From the NCBI GenBank assembly GCA_030141605.1, contig JAQGDQ010000819.1:1-64000 (forward strand): a DNA stretch of 64,000 bases, read 5' to 3'. This DNA is from Tubiluchus corallicola. Lineage: Eukaryota; Animalia; Priapulida. Positions 44,789-58,700 of the stretch are shown here, in pieces. The notes under the pieces were generated by a model that did not search any database, was not told where the DNA came from, and saw only the letters and a program-made list of their open reading frames with translations. Position 1 is the first letter of the stretch; every line of letters starts with the position of its first letter. The position numbers and the translations under genes were made by a program.

Positions 44789-47700
44789 TCTTATTTTAGG
44801 CAATTCCTGTATTAGGACTAACTGAAGCAATGATTAACATTAATATTAACTGTCTTGTATTGCATTTTTATTCAAAGGACAAGATCAGTGAATTTCATGA
44901 ACACCTCGTCTTGAAAGTTTTACATTGCGTACGTGTAATCTCACTGTACCCAAAATTCACGATTTGAATGTTACGTCATTTTCATGAATAAGATTAATGG
45001 TGATTATGTTTCTGATGCATGTTGGGATTGCTGATCTCTGGAATCATGGTAGTTTTTTTAGTTGTTGGCAAGAATTTAGTGGAATTTTTTTAGCATTCTG
45101 TACTTTTAAAATCACTGATCTTTCCCTTTAATTCACAGATTAGAAACATCTTGCAAATTTTATTTACATTACCGCCAGTGTTGTATTCATGTGTTATTTA
45201 GTACATGCTGTTTAGCTTTCTATAGATGCTCTGTTGTTTTTGATCATATTTCCCATTCATTGAAACAAATCTCATTTGATGCTTGAATTCTTATGTGTAC
45301 TGGAAGAGACATAATCCACTGAGCTTTTTCCATTCTTTTGACTATAATCCGCTTAGCACAAATGACCTCTTAGCCATTAACCAGGATTTTTACTGAATCT
45401 GGTCACTTTGACATCTAACAAACTATTGTGCTTCGTTATAACATTCTTCGTTATAATTTATAAAACAGCAAACTCGAGCTTAGAAATAAAACCATATCGT
45501 AATTATCATCTACACATAACAATTGTCTTATATTTGTTATTTTTTACAATGTAGTAGTTTTATGTTTTGTACATACCTCTAAGTTTTCATACGCACTTAT
45601 TTATTTACTTAGTCGCTTCATTGCTGTCCATTAACGCAGCACGTATGACAAACTACTTTTATATAACCTGTTTTTATATAATGGTGTAAATTTAGCGCAG
45701 GCTTCGCTACTCAAATGAAAACTGTTTTGTAACTTAATGCCCGCTGTTTTGCTTAAGTAGTGCTATTGATATGTGGTTGTTGTTATCATGTACTCTCTGT
45801 ATGAGTGATCAATGTATGATAGATGTATAAACACTACTAATACACAACGTGTATTTTATCAAAAAATTCAACTAAGTATGATGTTTCATTGTAATGAACT
45901 ACTTTAACCCTTAACCGACCAAGCTGGGGTAAAAAATTACCACAGGAGTGTCTGCTCGCATTTCTTTATATCGATGCACACAACGAAAAATGTTCAAACT
46001 AATAGTTATTAAACATTTTTCAATTTGTTTTGCAGCCATACATTGGTTTTGTGGAAAAGTATCATTCATGCTTTTTTACAAAGCGCGGGTGCCAGATAGT
46101 TCTTGGTGTAGGGTAACTTATTGAACTGCCTATTCAATTCTGCTGAGATGTGTCCCACCTGAGAATATGAGTTACCCCGATTTCATAGTTTTTGATCATC
46201 AACATTTGTCATCATTATAAAATGTCAAATGCTCACAAGTCAAATTGCACAAACAAAATGATTAATAAGCTTCTCATTTATTACAAACCATAATAATTAT
46301 GTTCATAAACTGATTGTACAATTCACCAAAATACAAGTCGTAGTTATGCTACCTTTAACAGTTATAATGCTGCGTTTTAATTATTATGAGTTAAACTTTT
46401 TTGAGAAAATGTGTTTTATAATTCTTGTTCAAAAGTAAAGCCGCCTGTACAAACTTGTGTTATACCCTCTAATCTTCTTCAATGATTCCTCCAAGTGACC
46501 CTTGAAAGCATTAACAATGGCAGAGTTCACAGCGTCCTTCGTTGACCGGTTCCGGGCATTAATAACGCTTCGGCTGAAATTCTTCTAAGATCAAGTCTAG
46601 ACGTTCTTTTCACTAATTTCTTGCAGTGAACAGATGGCACGAGTGATAGCGTAATTTCATCAAAATTTAGAGAGTGGAACGTGTTCAGTAAAGCCGACGT
46701 CAAGGCTAGCGGTAGAAATATCCAGGGGTTGTACACGTAGTGGCAGTGGCTAGGTTGTCATCAAACCCGCGGGCTCTTGAGCTTGTACACTTCACCACCA
46801 GGGGCTGGAATGGAAAAGCATCTGAAATCTGTTACTCTACCCAGCTGATTTATACGACGCATCATTGATGCTGAAACAAAAAGAAGTTTATTTTTGTAAC
46901 ATGCGGCATGTTTCAAGGGTATTACCTATATGATCATTGCCAAAAATAAGCCTTAAAATGACACAATGAACTTTATTATCCACCCCCCACCCCCAACTTG
47001 ATTACTGCTCTGGGTTATAAACAACTTAACACTGTTTATAAAACTGTTTATAACTCTGCCTGTGGCAACACTTTTACAGCCAAATAAAAACTTGCTCTGC
47101 CTGTGGCAACACTGGACTAGCTTTTGTCTTTTTTATATACTGAATGGTGTGATGTGAACCCCTTCGGTTGTTTGGTGTGGTATTTATTTACTCTGCACAC
47201 TCTGTGTAACTGAACTGATTTTGGAACCGTATTTTATTTCACTCAAGAACTTATAAATGGTACGTATATTTTTCATATTTACGATAAAAAATTGTTGTCT
47301 CTTTTACTAAACATAATACTGTTTGATACAGAATAGAATTTAAAAATCAGAAACTCATACATTAGCTTACAGTCCAGTCAAATTAGTGCAAAATGTGTGA
47401 TGCGAACAAAAATCTCTCTCTTTCCCTCCCTTCCTCTCCCTGTTGTTATTTCTCTCCCACTTGGTGCTTCTTCTACATTTATGCTTGCTTTTGCAACAGC
47501 TGAATATATTGTCATCATCTGTTACGATATATGAAGAAAACTATTTCCAAAGCAAAGAAAGAAAAAGGATTTTTACATAGTTTTCTTAAAGCTGGACACA
47601 GGTAACCTTATTTGAAGTATTATATACAAACATTTAGACGTAACAACCTAAAGTACAGTACCTGTTTTGCTGTGAAAACTAGCACACTCAAGAAGTTTGT

Positions 47701-48021
47701 TTGTTTGTTTATCTATTGATAGTACAAGTTTATTGCTCTTGCACTTTGTTCTCAATTGTAAATAAATTGTTTATGCTGAACAGTAAATGCAGTACAACTT
47801 GGACTTTTAGTCTCTTATAAGCAACGATTTTCAATAAAGAATTTTTCTGCTTCTGTAATAGTGATTATTGGCTATTAAAGATATATTAGTTTCTGTTAAT
47901 TCAAAATTGATTTTAGCAGATGGCGACACCAGCGATGCAAACAATGCCAGTAATAATTATTTTGTAGAATGCTGTGACATCTATTGATGAGAAATAAAAC
48001 GAATTTCACGTATCTAGAACA

Positions 48022-48117
48022 ATGTTGGAACGTAACGGAAATTCTGAAGGGCTGCCATTTCACCGTGAAACGGTTCAACATACACGATATATTGTTGACA
48101 GAGATGTATTTACACAG
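48022..48117 (+). CDS. SLC26: SLC26 paralog 2 coding exon 1
   Basis: [32 protein letters not shown]|gtaagt. Confidence 0.85.
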
Positions 48118-51100
48118 GTAAGTAGAAGTATTTATGATAATTATGAAGTCAAGTGGCCTGAATAAAGGCTAGACAATGAACCTGAAGATGTTAAACGGCT
48201 CATCAATTTGAACTCGTTTTTTTACCTCAAGGATTTTATATCATACACCTAAAGTAGCTTGATGGTAACCACGTCAAAAAGCCAGTACCGTTACACCTTT
48301 ACTTGAGGAACTAATGAGTTATAACTTGCATATTACTAACGTTATTGATGTGATATGATGTAGTCCCTATACTCTACAGACTACTAGCTAAACCAAAATC
48401 AAAGTCTACTTGGCTTCTTTGATAGCAGAATAAAGATTATTGGTTTACAGAAAGCTGTGTTATCATGTTATAATTTTTCTCTATTTAAACTTTAATAAGA
48501 GAGTTAGAACCAGAATTAAAGCATGAAATTAACAATCTAATTACTCTGATTAATGAATATCTATAAAAGCAAAACGAATTTAGAAACAAAATCAATCTCT
48601 GACAAACTTTGTACAATTAGAGTAAAACACCGACTGTAGATGGCAGCATAGACTAATTCAGTACTTTAGTGTAGTAGACTGACAATTAAATAGAACACAT
48701 AATACTACAATCGCATACTCGGTACAATAAGCGACAACAGTCTCATACTTCATTACTTCTAATGCATTCCCAATGTTTCTCAAGCTTTTGTTGATGGCGC
48801 CCCCTTTCCAGAACCCTGCATCATATCGCCACTCCATGAAGAACATAATCACATGTTATATCATTAAACATCATTATCATTCGCATTTACTAATCTAAGC
48901 TTACTGCTGTATTCAGCAAATTATTGAACAATGAGTGACAGCAAATTATTGAACAATGAGTGGCAGCAAATTATTGAACAATGAGTGGCAGCAAATTATT
49001 GAACAATGAGTGACAGCAAATTATTGAACAATGAGTGACAGCAAATTATTGAACAATGAGTGACAGCAAATTATTGAACAATGAGTGACAGCAAATTATT
49101 GAACAATGAGTTTATTATTAATTCATTAATGTTATGGTTGCACCTGTTTCCCAGCGACCAGTAATGCAACAGCAATAGGTATCCAAGGTAAAATGAATAG
49201 GGACACGCTTTCGGGCGGTGTACACTGTACGCAAGTGTACAGCATGGAACGACGTGCATTTTCGTTTTCCCGGAAAATCAAGCACTGGCGTACCGCATTT
49301 AGAGCGGGAAAACCCAGTTTCACTTTCCTGAACAAAATGATGTAATGAGAGACTGAGGAAACAAGACCTACTTACGTACTTTTCATGAAAAGAGTATTTT
49401 TTAAGAATAGCTTCTAGACTAGCTTGCGACTCCACAAAAAGTACTTGGCGACCCCAATTGGGGCTTGCGAGCCCAATGTTGGGAACCCTTGACGTAGTCC
49501 TATCGCAGTATTTGTACAACCTTATGATAAAGGAAGTTCGTTTCTCATTTATTAGCACCTTTATTCATATTTCAGCCAGGGTTTGATGAAGTCCACGGAA
49601 AAGAAGATCTCACGGAGCCGAACATTCGCACAAAGACGGCAAACTATGCCAGGAAACATCTTCTGTGTACGAGACAGAAATGCCAGCAGTTTGTTGTTAC
49701 CCTCCTGCCATTCTTGCAACAGTTATACATGTACAAACCAAAGAAATACATCTTTGGTGATATTGTTTCGGGATTCACGATATCCGTCATGCACATACCT
49801 CAGGTACTTTGTTCTTAACGGGTTGCACTGGGTTGAAAGTCTAGGGGGGTTGTTTGCATGACTCTGTATGCATTTTTCGGGCTAAAAATGCTTAAACCTT
49901 TCACTACGGAAGGCGGCACACTGCAGCCTATGTTTTTTCTTGTAAGGGACGGAAGGCGGTAGACTGCACAGTCATCCAGGTCTGTTTATTTCACTGCTAC
50001 GGCCATGGAAAAACATTGTAGAAAAGTTTAACAACCGTGGGATTGGGGTTGCTTTGCAACAAAAGTAATGCTAACCAGCCAATCGGCATCTGAAGCCAGG
50101 TGCATTCCATAATACTGTACTGTATAGTACGTTCTCATGTAAAGTTGCTTGTTGGTAGTTGGTGAAACATGTTTAGTCACTTGTTCTGCATTCTTATAAA
50201 ATAATTGCATATTATGGATTAGCAGGTAATATGGACTTTTGTGAAAACTGGCTTCTAAATATAAGTATGTACTCATTTGTGTGGATGTGCGTGTGCGTGC
50301 GTGCATGCATGAGTGCATATATGTGTGCGCAGATGTGTGTGCATGTGTATAAATGAAACTAATATTCAATATTAGTGTTTAATAACAATTTAATAACAAT
50401 ATTTGTTTATTTACAAGATTGTGTTTTAGTAACACAACCACAAGAAGTTATTGTCAAATATGCAAAAGCCAATGCGGCCCAGTTGAAAAGCAACTACGTA
50501 GTGAAAGGGTTAAGACTGCTGTGTTATTTCAATATTATGCTCAAAACGGCTTTCTCAGAAGCAACATCGACTGCGGCACACAAAATGCAGATTCATTCAT
50601 AGCAAATAATTTTTTTATACACACAATGGCATTTAACAAACTCTGTGCACGTTTTTTTATCACTGTGTAGAAAAAGTAAGAGGAAAAGTGACTGGATTCA
50701 AAAGTAAATTTGGTGTTTTAAAACACAGCCAAATGTGTAGTTCATTTCTTGATGTGTCGGTTTTGTATGCAGGTTAGTCAGTTTTAGTAAGTTGCACATC
50801 TTGCTTAACTGTGAAAAATTATGTAATGTAACTGTAATGTAATGTTATGTAATGTAATGGAACTGTAATGTAATGTTATGTAATGTAATGTAATGTAACT
50901 GTAATGTAATGTAATGTAACTGTAATGTAATGTAACTGTAATGTAATGTTATGTAATGTAACTGTAATGTAATGTTATGTAATGTCATGTAATGTAACTG
51001 TAATGTAATGTAACTGTAATGTAATGTTATGTAATGTAACTGTAATGTAATCTAACTGTAATGTAATGTTAGGTAATGTAACTGTAATGTAATGTTATGT

Positions 51101-54100
51101 AATGTAACTGTAATGTAATGTCATCTAATGTAACTGTAACGGTATGTTATGTAATGTAATGTTATGTAATGTAACTGTAATGTAATGTAACTGTAATGTT
51201 ATGTAATGTAACTGTAATTTAATGTTATGTAATGTAACTGTAATGTAATGTCATGTAATGTAACTGCAATGTAATGTAACTGTAATGTAATGTTACGTAA
51301 TGTAACTGGTTGACTACAGCAATACTTTCATATTCATCAACTTTTCTGTTAAGGGAATGGCATACGGTCTCTTGGCTTCACTATCACCTGTAAATGGATT
51401 GTACACCTCTTTCTTTCCACCTCTAGTTTACTTCTTCTTCGGAACTTCTCGACATATATCCATTGGTATGTAACCTAGCAGGGCAAAAGTTTCACTATTT
51501 CCTGCTTTTTTACTGTGCAGTATCAGAGGGAGTGTTGCTAATTTTGCCAGGAAAAATCTTTAGTCAGACAGCATGTGTCTTTTTGTATATTTCTTACAAA
51601 ACATACACAAAGTATGTTTCTTACGGTTTCTGTACGAATTCTGGAAAGGCTTAACTCTGTACTGTGTTCAACTACTTAATTAGGTAAAAGCAGGTAGTGA
51701 AAAAAAACTGTGACCTGCAATGAGAATTGAAAATTTTTGAGTACCTACTATGATCTTATATGATCTTAAAGAAAGACCGGACGATTGTTTAGACTCAATT
51801 TCATGTTAATTTACTGTCAAAAAGATACATTTTCTTGCCTATAAAAGTTAGCAATTGTTTCTTATATTTGAATAATTAGCTTAGAGAGTTAATTAATGGA
51901 AACCGAACACAGCTATTGCTTACGTCAGAAACCAGCCACAGTTTGCGCAACGGTTACAGTACTGCTTAAACGCATTATGTCACGAAAAATTGGCTTTACA
52001 TCATATGACATCAGAAACTAACACTGTAGCTCATGATCATGGTCATTACCGTACCGCCTTCTACTTATCGGCCACGCGAATGTGACAAAAAGACGCCGTT
52101 GCCAATCTTAGTAGATTCACTGAGCCGCACGTAGCTTTGGAAGTTTAACGAAATTTGAGTATCCGACGTAATTATTATTTAATCTAAGCTTTGATTTAAA
52201 AAAAAAACTATTTTAGTTTTCAACATTTTAGAGCATTCTTTATTCTGAACTCGTGTTTACACAATCATCCGGTTTTACTTTAAACATTGGTAACTGGGCG
52301 GGACTTTTAGACTAGCAACATATTTGGGAGTAGATCACTGTGACTTTGACTTACAGAGCCAGAGATTTTGAAACTTTTACACGATTTGCAATTTTTTTTA
52401 GCAAATATAATATAATTTTTCTATGTCGCTGTTTACAGGTACGTTTGCGGTCATAAGCTTAATGATAGCCGGAGTTGTAGATGAGTATGCACCACAAGAA
52501 AATTCTGATCGAGATGTTCTCGTGGACAAAGCAACTAGCGTCCCTGGAACTTTTGACACAGGTGTGCATGCATATATAATGTAATCAGCACTTCTGAAGC
52601 TGAGCTTCCGATAAAATTCCTCTTTGCTTAGAAAGTTGTTGCTTCATCAAGCAGGCATTATCGAAGCAGCCACACAAAATCTTGGAAAAAAAATCCCTTG
52701 ATTTTTGTAAAAATTCAAAAAGATGACTAACATTTCAAAACATCGATGAGTCTGAAAAACTGCTGTCTGATTGTGGATTTTTTATATAATGTGGAAGTAC
52801 TCTGTTGCACTAGATCAGTGGTTCTTAACCTGGTGTCCTGGTACTGTAATGTAATGTAACTGTAATGTAATGTAATGTAACTGTAATGTAATGTTATGTA
52901 ATGTAACTGTAACAAAATCACATACTCGCTAACAAAATGTTGTCTTTAGGTTCCCAAGAATACACTGCTGTCCAGGTCGCGACGGCTCTTACAATACTCG
53001 TCGGATTCTTTCACATTGCGATGTATTTACTCCGTCTCGGTTCTCTCACTACGTTCCTATCGGATCAACTCATCGGCGGTTTCACGGTGGGCGCCGCAAT
53101 GCACGTGATCGTGTCCCAAGCTAAGAACATTCTGGGTTTGACAATCGAAAGTTTTAACGGTGCATTTAAGCTTGTTTACACGCTGATTGAGATCTTCAAG
53201 AACATAACAAAGGTCAACATAGTAGAAATTATAATATCATTGGCTTGTATAATTGCTATGGTTATCGTTAAGCAACTTCTAGATCCCCACACTAAGCGAT
53301 ATATAAAAATGCCAATACCAATTGAGGTTATTGTTGTAATTGTGTCCACCGGAATAACGTACGCTTTTGATTTTAATACCTTGTACAATGTAAGTATAGT
53401 GGGCGAGATCCCAACCGGTATACCTAAACCTGAAACTCCTCCAGTTGAATTACTAGGCGATTCTTTCGTGATTGGTGAAGCATTTATGATAGCCATCGTT
53501 TCCTTCACCGTATCCGTATCAATGGCAAAAATCTTGGCTAAAGAACATGGATATCAAATAGACACCAATCAGGAGCTGTTTGCGCAAGGCTGCGCAAATG
53601 TGGTGACTGCTTTCTTTTCCGGTTTTGCTTCGTGTGCATCGTTATCAAGAAGTTTAGTGCAGTCCAACGTGGGCGGAGTAACACAAGTATCTAGTATAAT
53701 ATCGTGCATTATCATGTTGTTCGTGCTGCTTCTAATTGGTCCACTGTTTGAAACGCTTCCCACAGCCGTGCTTGCGTCAATTATAGTCGTAGCTTTGAAA
53801 GGGGTGCTTATGAAATACAGAGAACTTCCATCTTTGTGGCGATCGTCCAAATCCGATTTCTTCATATGGTTCATCACATGGACGGCAACGGTGTTTCTTG
53901 ACGTTAAATATGGGCTGATTCTCGGAGTGGGTTGGTCACTCTTAACTATAGTATGGCTCACACAACGACCGTACATTGCCATTATGGGGCAGCTGTCCGA
54001 CAGTAATATTTACAAAGACATTACAGTCTACGATCAGGCAAAGCAGATTGCTGGAATAAAAATATTCCGGTTCGAAGCATCGCTCTATTTTGCGAATGCT

Positions 54101-54685
54101 GAGTTTTTCCGCAACAGACTGTACAAAATGTCGGGCATAAATCTGTACAAACTCAAGAAGCAGATTGAGAAGGACAAAGAAACAGAGTTGATCAGAGAAG
54201 CAACGAACAGCAACGTACAACTGACACAATTTGACAAAAAGGAAGAGGCCACATCAAGAAACAAATATTCCACTGATACTGCATACATAATTGTCGATTG
54301 TTCGATGTTTGGGCACATCGATCTAGTCGGCGTTAACACACTTACTCAAGTGATTGCCGAATTTGACGAGGTCGGCGTAACGGTAATCTTAGCAGACTGC
54401 AAGAATAAGGTGCGGAAAATGTTTTTGCAGACCAATTTCTTCGACAAGGTATCAAGGGACAGACTGCTGTTCACTGTTCACGATGCAGTGCTGTTTGCAA
54501 AAGACGAAATGGCACAAAACCAGAAGAGAAGAATCACACAGAGGGCATCGCAAAACCACTTCATCAACGGAAAACTCAGTGGAAAAGGTACTTGTGAAAA
54601 CTCGGGAATGGAATCCACTTTCGATAGCCTGTCGTTTACTACACCTCGTCATGCCTTAGTAGGACAGACATCTATTAGGCTATAG
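48022..54685 (+). CDS. SLC26: SLC26 anion transporter, prestin/pendrin-like, paralog 2 (about 764 aa)
   Basis: Exons 48022-48117, 49576-49803, 51354-51465, 52439-52561, 52950-54685; same intron positions and phases as paralog 1; same signature motifs and STAS domain. Confidence 0.95.
48914..49111. repeat. 25-bp tandem repeat, 8 copies
   Basis: CAGCAAATTATTGAACAATGAGTG(A/G). Confidence 0.93.
49576..49803 (+). CDS. SLC26: SLC26 paralog 2 coding exon 2
   Basis: tttcag|[11 protein letters not shown]...[16 protein letters not shown]|gtactt; 228 nt as in paralog 1. Confidence 0.92.
49896..50509. mobile_element. piggyBac-type MITE
   Basis: TTAA-ACCTTTCACTACG...CGTAGTGAAAGGG-TTAA. Confidence 0.78.
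50819..51308. repeat. Degenerate (TGTAA)n pentanucleotide array
   Basis: TGTAA / TGTTA / TGTAAC units; short sister array at 52843-52912. Confidence 0.93.
51354..51465 (+). CDS. SLC26: SLC26 paralog 2 coding exon 3
   Basis: gttaag|[38 protein letters not shown]|gtatgt. Confidence 0.95.
51770..52279. mobile_element. Kolobok-like non-autonomous element
   Basis: TTAA TSD, AG...CT ends, TIR AGAAAGACCGGACGATTGTTTAGAC / GTTTACACAATCATCCGGTTTTACT. Confidence 0.75.
52439..52561 (+). CDS. SLC26: SLC26 paralog 2 coding exon 4
   Basis: ttacag|[19 protein letters not shown]...GTFDT|gtgtgc. Confidence 0.9.
52950..54685 (+). CDS. SLC26: SLC26 paralog 2 terminal exon
   Basis: tctttag acceptor; 578-codon open frame ending ...GQTSIRL*. 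Confidence 0.97.
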
Positions 54686-54959
54686 ATATGAAGCTTACAG
54701 CAGTGACTTTCAAGCATTTGTGAAATTTTAGCTGTACTTAGAATGTAAAACTTTTCTTTAGCTTTTGTAAGAACTGTCTTTGCACAACAAAAATCTCAAC
54801 TTGCACATGTACTTGCCATTGCAAACAAGCGATAGAAATTTAACAAGACAGTAGTTGCTTAAGATGGCTGTCGTGGTCACTCATAGTTTTAGCCACTTTG
54901 CAAACATTAAAAGCCAGTGCTAAACTTACGTTACCGAGTACTTAGAGTTTCATTTACTA

Positions 54960-55541
54960 CAGTCTAGCCTCGTTATCTCGCCCCTCGTTATGCTGCCAAA
55001 CTCGTCTCTCGCCATAGAAAGTACCAGGACGGATTTCCTGCTTTGATATTTAGATATTCCCGCCACCCTCGCTTCTCGCCCTTGCCACGTCATGCTAGGA
55101 TGAGTGCTTATGTAAACTATATTCGTTATGTCACCAAACAGACAAACTCAGAGGTGAATCGATCAATACATATACCGCGTGTCGATCAATATAACCGCGG
55201 TATGTAGACAATGCTGCTGTACTCGATAGACAGACATAATTAATCTAGTGTGTGTCTCACCAGGATTAGATTAGGAGTGCTGTGGTTGGTTAATGCATTT
55301 TTTAAATAAAAAAGTAACATTCTAAAATTATTTTTATGATATTTTTTCATTTCTGATTTAATGTTGATTGGTATCATAATGCGAAATATATTTTATATGT
55401 ACATAGAGGAACACTATGTTAATCAACTATTATGTATATACATATAGACTAACTTCGTTATATTCCCGTTATCTCGCCATACTCGCCTCTCGCCAAAAAT
55501 TTGCCCTAGACGGACAGTGGCGAGATAACGAGACTAGACTG
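54960..55541. mobile_element. pogo/Tigger-type MITE
   Basis: TA-CAGTCTAGCCTCGTTATCTCGCC...GGCGAGATAACGAGACTAGACTG-TA. Confidence 0.88.
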
Positions 55542-55627
55542 TATCTTATGTAACAGCATTATACATTTGTTAGTAAATACATGTGTCATTAAACAAAATG
55601 AACTGCAAAAAACAAAACGATTTACCA

Positions 55628-55720
55628 TTAAACTTTTAATTTTATTCCTTTCTTCAAGCCCGCACGTATCCCAGAATGCTCTCCACCGTATCGTTGCATC
55701 TCTGTTCTTGGTGGTCGCAC
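55628..55720 (-). CDS. UTP3: UTP3 last coding exon
   Basis: ttgcag|VRPPRTEMQRYGGEHSGIRAGLKKGIKLKV*. Confidence 0.92.
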   Translation of the reverse strand: MRPPRTEMQRYGGEHSGIRAGLKKGIKLKV

Positions 55721-58700
55721 CTGCAAGTAAAAATGGATGCCGTCCTAGTTGACGTTTTCAAATAAATGCTGTCACTTTATCCAGTCGGTCTACAACACGT
55801 GAAAAAACTCAGCAAACACATAATTCGAATTTATTACAGTCCGCGCCGCTTAATAGCCTCACTCTGGGACCGAAGAGTTTTGACCCGAATTAACCGACTG
55901 AGCCTATTAACCGATGCGTGTAGTTTTACTAAAGTATGAGCCATCAGCTTACTATGCACTGCAAAGGTTTTTAATGAATTCTAGAAATGAAGTAATGCCT
56001 AAATTCCTTTGTGTGGTTAAAAATTAGAAAAAATATTTTAAAATATTAATTTATATAAGTGAATTAGCAATAAATTAAAAAATACTTTTCTATATCACAG
56101 ACTTTTCTAAGTCTAAGGTTCTTTGGGCACATACAAATGTCTTATTTTAAGTAGGCGAAGGAAAAATATTGAGTCAATTAAGCGAAGTTATTTGAGTCAA
56201 TTACCGATGGTTTTTATGTACATTTGAATAGAAGCGGCCCATTCCAGGCGTTTTTGAGTCAATTAAGCGATTGAGTCTATTAACCGTGAGTCTATTAAGC
56301 GGCTCCTGCTGTATTAAACCAGATCATTAATAAGATATACAATACAGTACTAGCATTTTCATCAGTTTATATCATAGTGGTTCGTTTATATGCTTCATAT
56401 GTTTTAGTTGTTTATTTTGTGGCCTAAGAGTTACGTGAAATTGTCAGAAGGGCAGTGACAATAGCATTTTTTTACAATGCTGTTGTATTACTGGTACGTT
56501 CAGGTGTAGTAATGAAACAAACTTGATTAAACAGCAAGCTTCAAAGTTTTCTGCCTTCAGATTAGTTATGAGCGAAAAGAAACAGACAAGCGACTTGAAG
56601 CTTCAAGGTTTTCTGCCTTCAGATTAGTTATGAGTGAAAAGAAACAGACAAGCGACTTGAAGCTTCAAAGTTTTCTGCCTTCAGATTAGTTATGAGTCAA
56701 AAGAAACAGACAAGCGACTTGAAGCTTCAAAGTTTTCTGCCTTCAGATTAGTTATGAGTCAAAAGAAACAGACAAGCGACTTGAAGCTTCAAGGTTTTCT
56801 GCCTTCAGATTAGTTATGAGTCAAAAGAAACAGACAAGCGACTTGAACCCTCAAAATTTTCTGCCTTCAGATTAGTTATGAGTCAAAAGAAACAGACAAG
56901 CGACTTGAACCCTCAAAATTTTCTGCCTTCAGATTAGTTATGAGTCAAAAGAAACAGACAAGCGACTTGAAGCTTCAAAGTTTTCTGCCTTCAGATTAGT
57001 TATGAGTCAAAAGAAACAGACAAGCGACTTGAAGCTTCAAAGTTTTCTGCCTTCAGATTAGTTATGAGTCAAAAGAAACAGACAAGCGACTTGAACCCTC
57101 AAAATTTTCTGCCTTCAGATTAGTTATGAGTGAAAAGAAACAGACAAGCGACTTGAAGCTTCAAAGTTTTCTGCCTTCAGATTAGTTATGAGTGAAAAGA
57201 AACAGACAAGCGACTTGAAGCTTCAAAGTTTTCTGCCTTCAGATTAGTTATGAGTCAAAAGAAACAGACAAGCGACTTGAAGCTTCAAAGTTTTCTGCCT
57301 TCAGATTAGTTATGAGTCAAAAGAAACAGACAAGCGACTTGAAGCTTCAAGGTTTTCTGCCTTCAGATTAGTTACGAGTGAAAAGAAACGGAGAAGCAAA
57401 CTTGATTAAACAAGAAGCTTCAAGGTTTTCTCCCTTCAGATTAGTTACGAGTAAAAAGAAACAGACGGGTGCCTTGACACGTAATTGTTTGCTAGTCTGT
57501 TAAATTACTTTCCTGTTATTATTTGTAATGCAAATTAATTCAGTAGATTTACATCATTTTTGTTCATTCATTCCTACTTTACAAAACTTTATCACTGAAC
57601 TTTACTCAAGGACCAGCTGTGCATAGCTGTGTAACTATGAATCTGCAGGCACCATACAGCCAACCTCGGGTATAAGGCACACTCGCTTATAAGGGACCAC
57701 CAACACCAGTGCCGATTTTCGTAACGTTTTTCCTATGCAGAAATCTTCGTATATAAGGTACTCGGATATAAGCAACGATATCCTTAGTCCCGTGCAACAG
57801 AAACCCAGGTAAATTACTTCGCATATAAGGAACCCTATGGTCAAAGCGAAATTGATCGATTTTTAACCTCAATTTTTTGCAAACTCGGCCTTCGAACAGC
57901 TCTGTTTCTGCGGTCACATACATCTCGCATCACCGAAGGAGCTTCATACATACCATTTGCAAAAAATGTGTAGCAATAATTCATGAAAATATGGGTAAAA
58001 GTACAGGTCTAGATACATCTACGGTCCGACTCTGACTCTGACTCTGGCTATAAGGGGACATCGGAGATAAGGGACGATTTTTCCTGGTCCCGAGGTGTCC
58101 CTGATATCCGAGGTTGACGGTACATGTACAAACAAACAATGATTCACTGACACATACATCCAATTTACTTTGCTTCAGAAAAAATCTGTTTAGTAAAACA
58201 TACTATTCTTTTTACTGAAAATTTACTACAAACTGCTCATGCTCAGACTTTCTCACCTGTCCTTTCCGTCGAATCAAAGCCTTGCGGTACTTCAGTTTGT
58301 GCTTTACTCTTGGATTCCTTTGTTCTTTCTTCCTTTTTGGCATCAATCCCTTATTTTTAGCAATCTGCAAACAGGATAACAAATTCAGTTACGGAAGCAA
58401 CATCCACAGAATAAGAAGTCTAACAAATCCAGAATAGAATGCCGTGTCACCAAGACATCAGAAAAATCTATTTTTTTGAAAAAGATCAGTTGACCAAAAT
58501 ACTGGTATGGCAAAGCCAAAGTTTAACACTCAAAACCTGACTAGGTTTCACGTTTCTTCAGAAATGTCATCGTAATCTGGACAATCAACTAGTGGACATC
58601 ACAATGTGGACAATCAACTAGTGGACATCGCAATGTGGACAATCAACTAGTGGACATCGCAATCTGGACAATCAACTAGTGGACATCGCAATGTGGACAA

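Noticed and set aside
45905-47020. TTAACCCTTAAC possible piggyBac left end
   Set aside because: No matching right TIR or recognisable transposase found
41977-58120. Same MITE family about 2.9 kb downstream of both SLC26 stops, suggesting co-duplication
   Set aside because: Flanks are unrelated and the second copy lies in a UTP3 intron; independent insertions are more likely. The Kolobok-like copies likewise sit in different introns of the two paralogs
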